Origin: Candidatus Hydrogenedentota bacterium
GTDB taxonomy: Bacteria; Hydrogenedentota; Hydrogenedentia; Hydrogenedentales; SLHB01
DNA length: 64,000 bases
Direction: 5' to 3'
Assembly (NCBI GenBank): GCA_045863295.1
Contig: BTWA01000001.1
Location: 106,677-170,676, forward strand
Shown: positions 20,705 to 29,300 of the stretch, piece after piece
Numbering within the stretch: the stretch's first letter is position 1
Layout: each line of letters opens with the position of its first letter
The notes under the pieces: model-generated
Databases searched by the model: none
What the model was told of the DNA's origin: nothing
The model's input: only the letters and a program-made list of their open reading frames with translations
Program-made: the position numbers and the translations under genes

Positions 20705-21782
20705 GCCGAGCGGGTCTCCGCTTTACGACTGGTTGAACGACCGCCTCGATTTGGATGCGGCGATGGAACTCGCCAAGGCAAAACAGGTGCCGCTGCACAA
20801 GCACACTTACTGGTACTATTGGGGCGGGATCTCTCTCTTCTTCTTCCTCGTTCAACTGGTAAGCGGCGTATTGCTTCTGGTGTACTACAGACCGGGACCC
20901 GAAGCCTACGATTCCGTGCGGCAAATTACGTACGACATTGAATTCGGCTGGCTCGTCCGATCCGCGCACTCCTGGTCCGCCAATTTGATGGTCGTGGCCA
21001 TTTTTGTGCACATGTTTTCGGTCTTCTTCATGAAGGCGTATCGAAAGCCACGGGAATTCGGCTGGTGGAGCGGACTCGCCCTCGCTGGACTGACGCTTGT
21101 TTTCGGATTCAGCGGCTATCTGTTGCCGATGGACGAACTGGCATACTTCGCCACCAAAGTTGGGCTTGAGATTCCACAGGCGATCCCGGGCGTGGGGCAA
21201 GCTATCGTTACGCTTGTGCAAGGTGGAGAGAATGTAACCGAGGTGACCATCCAGCGGTTCTTCGCGTTGCATGCCGTTGTGTTGCCGCTGCTCTTTATTC
21301 CGCTGTTGGCGTTTCACTTGTGGCTTGTGCAAAAGCACGGCAACGCCGTGCCGCCAAGCGAAGAGCAGATTCCTGAGTCCAAACGGCGCTCGATACCGTT
21401 CTTTCCCAACTTTCTAACCAAAGATCTCGCCATGTGGCTGATCGCGCTGAACGTGATGGCCATTCTCGCGTCGATGTATCCGTGGCAACTCGGCATGCAG
21501 GCGGACCCTGCCGCGCCCGCTCCGGAAGGCATACACCCGGAATGGTATTTCATGAGTCAGTTCCAAGTGTTGAAAGTGCTGGGCCGGTGGTTTCCCGGAC
21601 TCCTCGGCGAATACCTCGGTATTGCCTTGTTCACCGCCACCGGCTTGTTGTGGGCGTTGATTCCTTTGTACGACAAGAGCAGCGCGCGGGCGCGTCAGGC
21701 ACGCAACGCGACATGGGCCGGCGTGGCCATGCTCCTGGGCCTCATCCTGTTCACATGCTGGGGCTATATTGAAGTCTTATGA
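20676..21782 (+). CDS. Cytochrome b subunit (cyt b6 and subunit IV fused)
   Basis: YDWLNDRL, GWLVRSAHSWSAN...HM, FSGYLLP, RFFALH...LAFH, PEWYF Qo motif. GGAGG RBS. Confidence 0.93.
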   Translation: MGKSSSLAHKPSGSPLYDWLNDRLDLDAAMELAKAKQVPLHKHTYWYYWGGISLFFFLVQLVSGVLLLVYYRPGPEAYDSVRQITYDIEFGWLVRSAHSWSANLMVVAIFVHMFSVFFMKAYRKPREFGWWSGLALAGLTLVFGFSGYLLPMDELAYFATKVGLEIPQAIPGVGQAIVTLVQGGENVTEVTIQRFFALHAVVLPLLFIPLLAFHLWLVQKHGNAVPPSEEQIPESKRRSIPFFPNFLTKDLAMWLIALNVMAILASMYPWQLGMQADPAAPAPEGIHPEWYFMSQFQVLKVLGRWFPGLLGEYLGIALFTATGLLWALIPLYDKSSARARQARNATWAGVAMLLGLILFTCWGYIEVL

Positions 21783-21879
21783 TTCTGAACATCACCGCCA
21801 CTATCGGGAACGAGTGCAGGGAGCCGGCCTTTGCCGCAACGAGGCGGCTCCCCACGCACTCCATTGAGGAGATCGCACC

Positions 21880-23367
21880 ATGAATTACCCCGTGTGGGAC
21901 GTTCCCATTCTCGGAAGCGGCTGGGTGATAGGGATCATCGCCATCATCCACGTGCTCATCTCCCACTTTGCGATAGGCGGCGGATTCTATCTTCCCATGG
22001 CCGAGCGCAAGGCGCTTCGCGAAGGCCGCGACGATTGGATGGCGCAGGTCAAGAAGCACGCGAAATTCTTCCTGATTCTTACCGGAGTCTACGGCACGAT
22101 GACCGGTGTCGGCATATGGTACGCGATTGGTCTTGCAAGCCCGGAAGCCACGAGCACGTTAATTCACAACTTTGTGTTTGGATGGGCCATCGAATGGACC
22201 TTCTTCTTCGTTGAAGTGGCGGCCGCCGCCGTCTATTACTACACGTGGGGAAGGGTTTCCGACAAGACACATCTCACCATCGGCTGGATCTATGCGGGAT
22301 CCGCCTGGTTGAGCCTTGTCATCATCAACGGCATTCTGACGTTCATGCTGACTCCGGGTGAAGGCTGGTTGTCTGTCGCGGGCACAGGCGCGGAGGCCAG
22401 CAAGTTCTGGCACGCCTTCTTCAACCCTACCTATTGGCCAAGTCTTGTGTTGCGCACGCTCATCTGCATAACGCTCGCGGGTGTGTGGGCGCTGGTCACC
22501 GCCAGCCGCATCGACGGATATGAGAAGCCCCAACTAAAAGCCGAAATCATTCGCTGGTCGGCAAAATGGCTCATTCCCGGATATCTACTGCTTCCCTTTG
22601 CGTTCGCGTGGTATTTGTACATGGTTCCGGAAACGCAGCGTGCGTTATTGTCGTTGGGCATGGCGACCATCGGGCAGGGCGTGTTCACGCAGGTGACGCG
22701 CGCTGCCCTGGTCGCTGTGATGTCATCCGCGACGATTCTGGCGATCGTGTATTTCCTGGCCTACCGTAATCCCCGCGACTTCTATCTTGGCCATGCGCTT
22801 TCCGTGTTGTTTCTAGCGCTCGCGGCCACGGCGTCGACCGAGCAGGCCCGCGAAATGCTGCGCAAACCCTATGTGATTGGCCGGCACATGTACTCAAACG
22901 GGATTCGAGTGAACGATGTGAAGCGGTTTAACGAAGAAGGCTATCTGACCCGCACCGTATGGGCGTCGGAAGTGGATCGCGAAGCGTGGGCTCGAATCGA
23001 TGCGAGCGCTGTGGAAGGGAGAGTGGCTTTTGCATCGCTCGCGGCAACAGATCGCACAGCCCACCTCAACCGAGGCCTCTTGATGTTGCGCGGCCAATGC
23101 TATTCCTGTCACACGGTCGATGGCTACCGTTCACTGCGAAAACTGCTTTCCGGACGCGATCGTGACGCGATCGGAAATATCCTCGGCATGCTGCATAATT
23201 ATGCGGACGACTCTCCCTACAAGAAATACATGCCGCCACTGGTGGGCACGGAAAAGGAGATACAAGCGCTCGGCGACTACCTGAACACGTTGGTCAATGG
23301 CGACAATGCAAACAAAGAGCCGTTACCGGCTCTGGCCCAACTGCCGGCTGTTCCCACGCAGCCGTAA
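21880..23367 (+). CDS. Cytochrome bd-like oxidase subunit I fused to a C-terminal monoheme cytochrome c
   Basis: IHVLISHFAIGGG, WAIEWTFFFVE (CydA E99/E107-like), EQAREMLRKPY (GRQPW-like), CYSCH heme c site and MPP distal Met. Confidence 0.8.
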   Translation: MNYPVWDVPILGSGWVIGIIAIIHVLISHFAIGGGFYLPMAERKALREGRDDWMAQVKKHAKFFLILTGVYGTMTGVGIWYAIGLASPEATSTLIHNFVFGWAIEWTFFFVEVAAAAVYYYTWGRVSDKTHLTIGWIYAGSAWLSLVIINGILTFMLTPGEGWLSVAGTGAEASKFWHAFFNPTYWPSLVLRTLICITLAGVWALVTASRIDGYEKPQLKAEIIRWSAKWLIPGYLLLPFAFAWYLYMVPETQRALLSLGMATIGQGVFTQVTRAALVAVMSSATILAIVYFLAYRNPRDFYLGHALSVLFLALAATASTEQAREMLRKPYVIGRHMYSNGIRVNDVKRFNEEGYLTRTVWASEVDREAWARIDASAVEGRVAFASLAATDRTAHLNRGLLMLRGQCYSCHTVDGYRSLRKLLSGRDRDAIGNILGMLHNYADDSPYKKYMPPLVGTEKEIQALGDYLNTLVNGDNANKEPLPALAQLPAVPTQP

Positions 23368-23400
23368 GAGGCCAAGTGCCTTCATTGGGAGGTCACAATC

Positions 23401-23739
23401 GTGGACCCCGCAGAAGCGTTGTTCCCTGATTTGGTGATTGGGCTGGTTATCATTGCTGTCAGCTTGCCGCTCATTCTTAACAAGATTCCACCCAATCACT
23501 TCTACGGGGTGCGAATTCCGAAGGCGTTTGAATCGGAACGGAATTGGTATGACATCAACGCATACGGCGGCCGAGCGCTGTGTAGTTGGGGTGCAGTCAT
23601 TCTTCTGGCCGCATTCGCGAAAAACCGGCTCGCCGCGGCGGGTGTACTCGACGGGAATTTGATCACTTTGGCGCTGCCTGTTTTTGCGTGCGTGGCCGCA
23701 GCGATCATTCAAATCCTATGGTACGCGCGCAAGCTTTAA
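23401..23739 (+). CDS. SdpI/YhfL family membrane protein
   Basis: KIPPNHFYGVRIP.AF.S..NW..IN...G motif; three TM helices; GGGAGG RBS before GTG. Confidence 0.85.
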   Translation: MDPAEALFPDLVIGLVIIAVSLPLILNKIPPNHFYGVRIPKAFESERNWYDINAYGGRALCSWGAVILLAAFAKNRLAAAGVLDGNLITLALPVFACVAAAIIQILWYARKL

Positions 23740-23746
23740 CCTGCTT

Positions 23747-24706
23747 CTATAACTTGGATCGCGCCGACACCCATCCGCTATCGATATCCGCCTGTAGACC
23801 TGCGCCGCGATACGTATCCTCCGAAGCAAGATTGCCTTTGAGGTAAACGTCGAACCACGCGACCATATAGCGTTGCGCCAAGGCGCGCACTTCGTTCTGA
23901 TCGCGAGTACCGCCGCCACAGAAGATCTGGCCCAGGCTGTTGGGTCCCGGGCTTGACTCTAGGAAGTCGATGTGGGCCGAGCCCAATACGGTGACCTCAA
24001 TGACCGGGGCTACTGCATAGTCGAACAATCGTATGGGGTATGGGCTGTATTCGCGACCGGCGCAATATCCAATTTCCGACATGAGCCACATGACCGGCAC
24101 GGCCGTATGGGCAAATCCCGTGCCCAGTTCATAGCCCGGCTGCTCGTAGCCGTTGTCGAGACTCACGACCGCGTCAAATCGTGGATTGCGGAATGCGGAT
24201 GCCAACGCCAGTTGCCCGCCTTGCGAATGTCCGGTGACGCCAATGTGATCCATGTCGAGCAAGCCAAAAAGCGGCGACTCAGGATTGACGTTTTCGGCGT
24301 CTGCCCAGTCCAACAAGGCATCGCCTTGCTCGAGTTGCGCGTCCCGAGTCGAAAAACCAATTCCGAACAGGGCAGGCTCCGGGAATGCGCGGATGATACA
24401 TACATAGCCCCATTGCGCGAGTGTTTGGGCATACCGGTAGTAAGCGCCGCGAGGCTGATTCCAACCGCTGTGCAATACCACCAGGGGAAACGGTCCCTGA
24501 TCCTTTTCCGCGGGATAGGCGATGGTCAACGGGAGATTATGAGAAAGAAATGTAGTCTCATACTGGACCACGGTAAGTGGCCCGGGATAGCCAACCACAG
24601 CGGGTTCCACTGTGGGACAGCCCTGGCCCGGCAAAAGGGTTGCCATCAGGGCCAGCCAAGCGAACCCCGCGATTTCCCTGGATCGGCTCCGATTCCATTT
24701 CATCAT
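23747..24706 (-). CDS. Exported alpha/beta-hydrolase (chlorophyllase/cutinase-like)
   Basis: IAYP....GPFPLVVL, LAQWGY, GVTGHSQGG, GSAH.DF, AWFDVYLKG. Signal/lipobox-like PGQGC. Confidence 0.8.
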   Translation of the reverse strand: MMKWNRSRSREIAGFAWLALMATLLPGQGCPTVEPAVVGYPGPLTVVQYETTFLSHNLPLTIAYPAEKDQGPFPLVVLHSGWNQPRGAYYRYAQTLAQWGYVCIIRAFPEPALFGIGFSTRDAQLEQGDALLDWADAENVNPESPLFGLLDMDHIGVTGHSQGGQLALASAFRNPRFDAVVSLDNGYEQPGYELGTGFAHTAVPVMWLMSEIGYCAGREYSPYPIRLFDYAVAPVIEVTVLGSAHIDFLESSPGPNSLGQIFCGGGTRDQNEVRALAQRYMVAWFDVYLKGNLASEDTYRGAGLQADIDSGWVSARSKL

Positions 24707-24931
24707 CAATTCCCGCTTTCCTTCTGGAGGGATTGCCCGCACCAACGCGAGTCCCAGCCGCCCCCCAGCTTTCAAGAATACATTTACGCTTCCCAAATAT
24801 CACGGAAGTTGTTGATCTGTCACGTGGTTACGTTGCCCGGGTGGTGTGCTCGCCCACAACCCAATAGTGCGCTTTGTAGGAACCGGTTTTCAAGAAGAGC
24901 AGGACCGGTCAAATTCGCGTAACCAACGTGG

Positions 24932-24960
24932 TTGGCATAACTTCCGGCAAGTGCTACAAT
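24932..24960 (+). promoter_or_regulatory. Putative sigma70 promoter
   Basis: TTGGCA-N17-TACAAT with a TG extension, upstream of the small CDS at 24989. Confidence 0.55.
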
Positions 24961-24988
24961 TCGGATTGCGACGATGGGAGAACCAGCG

Positions 24989-25183
24989 ATGCCAACTTTC
25001 GAATACCATGCGATTCGTGCCGAGGGTGACGAAGAAAAGTCGTTTGTGGGGGGTGTGGTGGTGGCCCGGTCGCGCCACGAGGCCAAAGAAAAATTGCGCG
25101 AGCGGGGTCTGAAGGCGACCATGCTCAAGAAGGCCCGTGGCATGATGAGCATCGTGAAATGGATCGACGCGGATATCCGCTGA
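24989..25183 (+). CDS. Small protein resembling the N-terminal domain of PilC/GspF
   Basis: MPTFEYHA...G......G.V.A.S..EA...LRERGL. GGGAG RBS and its own promoter. Confidence 0.6.
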   Translation: MPTFEYHAIRAEGDEEKSFVGGVVVARSRHEAKEKLRERGLKATMLKKARGMMSIVKWIDADIR

Positions 25184-25268
25184 TTGCGGCATCTGATTCC
25201 GCTGTTCCAGGGGGCCACAGGGGCGGCACCGCATCCAGCGGCCGGCACACTCAGGAGATTTGTAAAAC

Positions 25269-25973
25269 GTGGAATGTGCAGTCTGCGAGGTCCGCAGTTC
25301 TGTCGGATACTGCATCGAATGTCAAAAACTCCTTTGCGAAACGTGCAGCACTCCGTGTGAACAATGCGGCAAATTGTGCTGCGAAGATCATGCCTACGAG
25401 ACGCGCAGCGGCCGGATCCTCTGCGTAAACTGTTACGGCGAGCGCGAAGAGAAGCGTGCCCGGGTTAAGGCTGCCAAGACAGGCAAGGGCGACGATGAAA
25501 CCAGCTTCGGTGCGCTGGAGGGCGTGGATGCACCGCCGGAGGCCGAAGGCGAAGGCGCCGCCCTGGTGGCCAGCGCTGCGCGCACGGTTGAGCCTTGGAA
25601 GGTCAGTCTCATTACCGCCAGTGTTGGATTGCTGGTGATGTTGGTTGTCGCTTTTGTTCCGGCCTTGCGATCCATCCCTTTATTGCTTGTAGTGGTACCC
25701 ACTCCTTTGGTGCTTCTCATTATTCCTCTTATTGCGCTTTTCTGGGGCGTCTATGGTTACTTCCGGGAAGAGTTCTACGAAAACCGGCCCAAGTGTTTGG
25801 CCGGCGTCGGAATAGCGGGTTTAACCATTCTGATCGCCGTTGCATCCATTTCGAATGCCCCCGTGGATGAAGAACGCAAACAGATCGAAACCGTCGCGGA
25901 ACAACGCGAAGAGATGACGAAGGACGACGTTAAGGGCTATCGAGAGCAAGTTCTACAACGCTTTCAACAATAA
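25269..25973 (+). CDS. Cys-rich zinc-finger (B-box-like) membrane protein
   Basis: Repeated CxxC (CAVC, CIEC, CETC, CEQC, CCEDH, CVNC) then three TM helices; AGGAG RBS. Confidence 0.75.
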   Translation: MECAVCEVRSSVGYCIECQKLLCETCSTPCEQCGKLCCEDHAYETRSGRILCVNCYGEREEKRARVKAAKTGKGDDETSFGALEGVDAPPEAEGEGAALVASAARTVEPWKVSLITASVGLLVMLVVAFVPALRSIPLLLVVVPTPLVLLIIPLIALFWGVYGYFREEFYENRPKCLAGVGIAGLTILIAVASISNAPVDEERKQIETVAEQREEMTKDDVKGYREQVLQRFQQ

Positions 25974-25993
25974 GCCGCCGTGAGGAGTCGCAT

Positions 25994-26107
25994 GTGTTCG
26001 ATTTTGCGGATGTGTACGTCTGGTTCCTGCACAATAAATGGTGGATGTGGGGCGTCTTGCCGTTTATAGTTCTCGTAATCATTGTCCGGTCGATCCAGGG
26101 CCGTTGA
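25994..26107 (+). CDS. 37-aa single-TM microprotein
   Basis: GAGGAG-N6-GTG; MFDFADVYVWFLHNKWWMWGVLPFIVLVIIVRSIQGR*. Confidence 0.6.
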   Translation: MFDFADVYVWFLHNKWWMWGVLPFIVLVIIVRSIQGR

Positions 26108-26295
26108 ATCGATCGCGCAACTCCCTTCACCTTCCCTTGGTGCTGTGCCGTGCCGATTCGCGCCTCAGTGGGCTTGCTTGCAGCCTCTATTGACTTACCT
26201 CCAATCCTGCGTAAATTTGACAAGAACCCGCGAAATTAAGGTACTATTTGCGGTTTCATGTTGGGTCGGATTCCACTTTTTGGAGATTGGTTTTC

Positions 26296-28074
26296 ATGCA
26301 TCCTTATCGCAGTCACACGTGCGGCGAATTGCGGAAGTCCCACGTGGGACAAGGCGTACGAATGTCCGGATGGGTTCATCGCAAGCGGGATCACGGCGGC
26401 GTCATCTTTATTGACTTGCGTGACCACTATGGGATTTCACAAGTGGTAGTCAATCCGGATTCCCCCTGCTTTTCGGAAGCGGACCGCGTGCGTGTCGAGA
26501 GCGTAATCGTGCTTTCCGGCCAGGTAGTCGCGCGGACCGAAGGCACGGTAAACGCCAACTTGGCCACCGGGGAAATCGAAGTGGTGGCCGATGCACTGGC
26601 CATCGAATCGCAGTCGGAAGTCATACCGTTTCCCATTAATCAGGAGATGGATTACCCGGAAGAAACGCGTCTGACGTACCGGTTTCTGGATTTGCGCCGC
26701 GAGCGGTTGCACCAAAATATTCTCCTGCGAAGCAAGACGGCCCAATTGACGCGCAAACACTTGACCGACCGCGGATTCGTCGAATATCACACTCCGATTC
26801 TCACGAGTTCTTCCCCGGAAGGCGCACGCGACTACCTGGTGCCAAGCCGCCTGTATCCCGGTCAGTTCTATGCGCTGCCGCAGGCGCCACAACAGTTCAA
26901 GCAATTACTTATGATCGGCGGGTTTGATCGGTATTTTCAGATTGCACCCTGTTTTCGCGACGAGGATAGCCGGGCAGACCGCAGCCCCGGCGAGTTTTAT
27001 CAGATCGATATGGAAATGTCCTTTGTTACCCAGGAAGACATCTTTCATGAGGTGGAACTCGTGCTCGTACGGCTGTTCAAGGAACTCTCCACAACAACGA
27101 TCGTCTCGGAATCGTTCCCCCATATCCCCTATCGTGTGTCCATGGAGAAGTACGGTACGGACAAGCCCGATCTCCGGTTTGCCATGGAGATGGTCGAGGT
27201 ATCCGATCTCTTCGGCGGCAGCGGCCTGAAGGTATTCGCCGACGCGGTTGCAAAAGGCGGCGCCGTGAAAACGATTCTCGTCGAAAAAGCGGCCGACCAG
27301 TCCAGAAAATTCTTTGATCAGGCCGAAGAATTTGCCAAGGGTGAAGGCGCGAAAGGGCTTGCGTGGGTCGCCCTCCGCGACGGCGAGATGAAAGGACCCA
27401 TCGTCAAGTTCTTCTCGGATTCCGAGAAGCAGGGAATTATTGAACGTACCGGCGCCAAGGAAGGCGATGTGCTCTTTTTTGGGGCGGGTGACCGCAAGAC
27501 AACCAACGAACTTCTTGGCAAAGTGCGCGTATACCTCGCGAAACAGCTTGATCGCATCGATTCCAAACTTGCGGCATTTTGCTGGATCGTCGACTTTCCC
27601 ATGTTTGAGTACAACGAGGAAGAAAAGAGAGTCGATTTCTCCCACAATCCGTTTTCGATGCCGCAGGGCGGTATGGATGCGCTGATAGCGAAGGATCCGC
27701 TGGAGGTACTCGCGTTTCAGTACGACGTGGTATGCAACGGCATTGAGTTGTCGTCCGGCGCGATTCGAAACCACCGGCCGGATATCATGATGAAGGCATT
27801 TGAAATTGCGGGATACGATGCCACGATTGTAAAGACAAAGTTTCCCGCCCTTTGGAACGCGTTTCACTTTGGCGCTCCACCCCACGGCGGTATTGCGCCG
27901 GGATTCGATCGGATAGTCATGTTGTTGGCCGACGAGCCGAATATTCGCGAAGTGATAGCATTCCCGCTCAATCAGAAGGCGCAAGATCTCATGATGGGCG
28001 CACCCGGAGAAGTGACGAAGAAGCAATTGGATGAGTTGCACTTGCAAGTAAAGTATCCGCCTGTGAAGGCCTGA
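26296..28074 (+). CDS. aspS: Aspartate--tRNA ligase (probably non-discriminating)
   Basis: YRSHTCGELR, RDHGG, PEGARDYLVP, LPQAPQQFKQLLM, CFRDED, GAPPHGGIAPGFDR. Confidence 0.98.
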   Translation: MHPYRSHTCGELRKSHVGQGVRMSGWVHRKRDHGGVIFIDLRDHYGISQVVVNPDSPCFSEADRVRVESVIVLSGQVVARTEGTVNANLATGEIEVVADALAIESQSEVIPFPINQEMDYPEETRLTYRFLDLRRERLHQNILLRSKTAQLTRKHLTDRGFVEYHTPILTSSSPEGARDYLVPSRLYPGQFYALPQAPQQFKQLLMIGGFDRYFQIAPCFRDEDSRADRSPGEFYQIDMEMSFVTQEDIFHEVELVLVRLFKELSTTTIVSESFPHIPYRVSMEKYGTDKPDLRFAMEMVEVSDLFGGSGLKVFADAVAKGGAVKTILVEKAADQSRKFFDQAEEFAKGEGAKGLAWVALRDGEMKGPIVKFFSDSEKQGIIERTGAKEGDVLFFGAGDRKTTNELLGKVRVYLAKQLDRIDSKLAAFCWIVDFPMFEYNEEEKRVDFSHNPFSMPQGGMDALIAKDPLEVLAFQYDVVCNGIELSSGAIRNHRPDIMMKAFEIAGYDATIVKTKFPALWNAFHFGAPPHGGIAPGFDRIVMLLADEPNIREVIAFPLNQKAQDLMMGAPGEVTKKQLDELHLQVKYPPVKA

Positions 28075-28116
28075 CAACCCATCAACAGTGAAGCTAACGC
28101 CAGACAGGTTGACACT

Positions 28117-28626
28117 ATGAGCGCGAAGCCAAACGTTCCCGTGGTCCGGCCCGTTGCGTGGGCCAGCGCGCTCATTCAGATTCCCGTGGTCGTGGGGTTC
28201 ATACTCCTGTTTCGTCCGATGGGGTATCCACTGGGGATTGCCGTCGCGGCCGTCACCTATGTAGTGCTCTCGTACTCATTCCGGACTTACGTCAACCGCC
28301 ACCACAGTCGCGGCATGCGGCGAATCTGGGCAGGCGATCATGCAGGAGCTATTCCCGAGTTCGAAAAGGCCTACGACTATTTTTCACGCCATTCCTGGAT
28401 CGACAAATACAGATACGTCTGGTCCTCGTCGCGTTTGGCCTACCGGGAAATGGCGTTGTGCAACGCTGCGTATTGCCACATGCAGTTGGGAAACGTCAGC
28501 GCGGCCAAATCCAGTCTCCGCAAAGCCGTTGAGGAATTCCCCAAAGGCCATATGGCATCGGCCACGTTGAACATGATCGAGACTATTGAGAAATCCAATG
28601 GGGACCAGTTAGCGGACTCCCACTAG
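28117..28626 (+). CDS. Membrane-anchored TPR protein
   Basis: Two TM helices then TPR helices (AIPEFEKAY; ALCNAAYCHMQLGN..AA....RKA). Confidence 0.7.
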   Translation: MSAKPNVPVVRPVAWASALIQIPVVVGFILLFRPMGYPLGIAVAAVTYVVLSYSFRTYVNRHHSRGMRRIWAGDHAGAIPEFEKAYDYFSRHSWIDKYRYVWSSSRLAYREMALCNAAYCHMQLGNVSAAKSSLRKAVEEFPKGHMASATLNMIETIEKSNGDQLADSH

Positions 28627-29111
28627 CCCTGCCACCGGTATCGCAATACCGATGCGGTGTCACCCGGAAACTCGGCGGTCTGTACAAAGCCGACGCGCTC
28701 GACCAGAGTCCGTGACGCTTGGTTGAGGGCGTCAACTCCCGCCACAAGCGTCGTTTGTTTTAGTGTACGGACTGCGTAGTCCATCAGAGCCCGTAGCGAT
28801 TCCTCGCCATATCCTTCGCCCCAGTAAAACGGATAGAAACCAATCAGCGGTTCTACCTCGTCGCACCAATCCGCCTTTCGTAACCCCGCGAAGCCGATGG
28901 TATGGCCGTAGTCATGTGGCCGAATAACCCAGAGCCCCAATTCATTCTCGAACCGCGCCACGACTTGTTCCGCTTCTTCCAAAGGAAGAATCCGATCGTC
29001 CCATAGATACCGCCGCACGTCCGGATCGATCCAGAGCACCCACAAGTCATACGCATCCGCTGCGCTGGCAGGCGTCATGCGCAGCCGGGTCGTAATCAAA
29101 TCGTTCTTCAC
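28623..29111 (-). CDS. GNAT N-acetyltransferase (RimJ/RimL family)
   Basis: LITTRLRM, DPDVRRYL, YWGEGYG.E, N.AS..L.ER.GF. Confidence 0.9.
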   Translation of the reverse strand: MKNDLITTRLRMTPASAADAYDLWVLWIDPDVRRYLWDDRILPLEEAEQVVARFENELGLWVIRPHDYGHTIGFAGLRKADWCDEVEPLIGFYPFYWGEGYGEESLRALMDYAVRTLKQTTLVAGVDALNQASRTLVERVGFVQTAEFPGDTASVLRYRWQG

Positions 29112-29300
29112 AATCTACGGCTCCTGCATTCCTCCGAGAAGTATGCGCAATGGGAGATTCCGGGACAACCCCGTGGCAGCCCAAAGCGCGATTTTCGGTT
29201 GGGGAATGCGGGTCATGCGGTTACATGCGCTCGCGAATATGACGGCGTGGCGCTGACGCATATTTCGCGGTACAATGAATGCACTCACTGGCGGTTACTC

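Noticed and set aside
23401..23739. Toxin-immunity module around the SdpI-like gene
   Set aside because: No toxin or regulator gene adjacent; stand-alone SdpI homologues are common.
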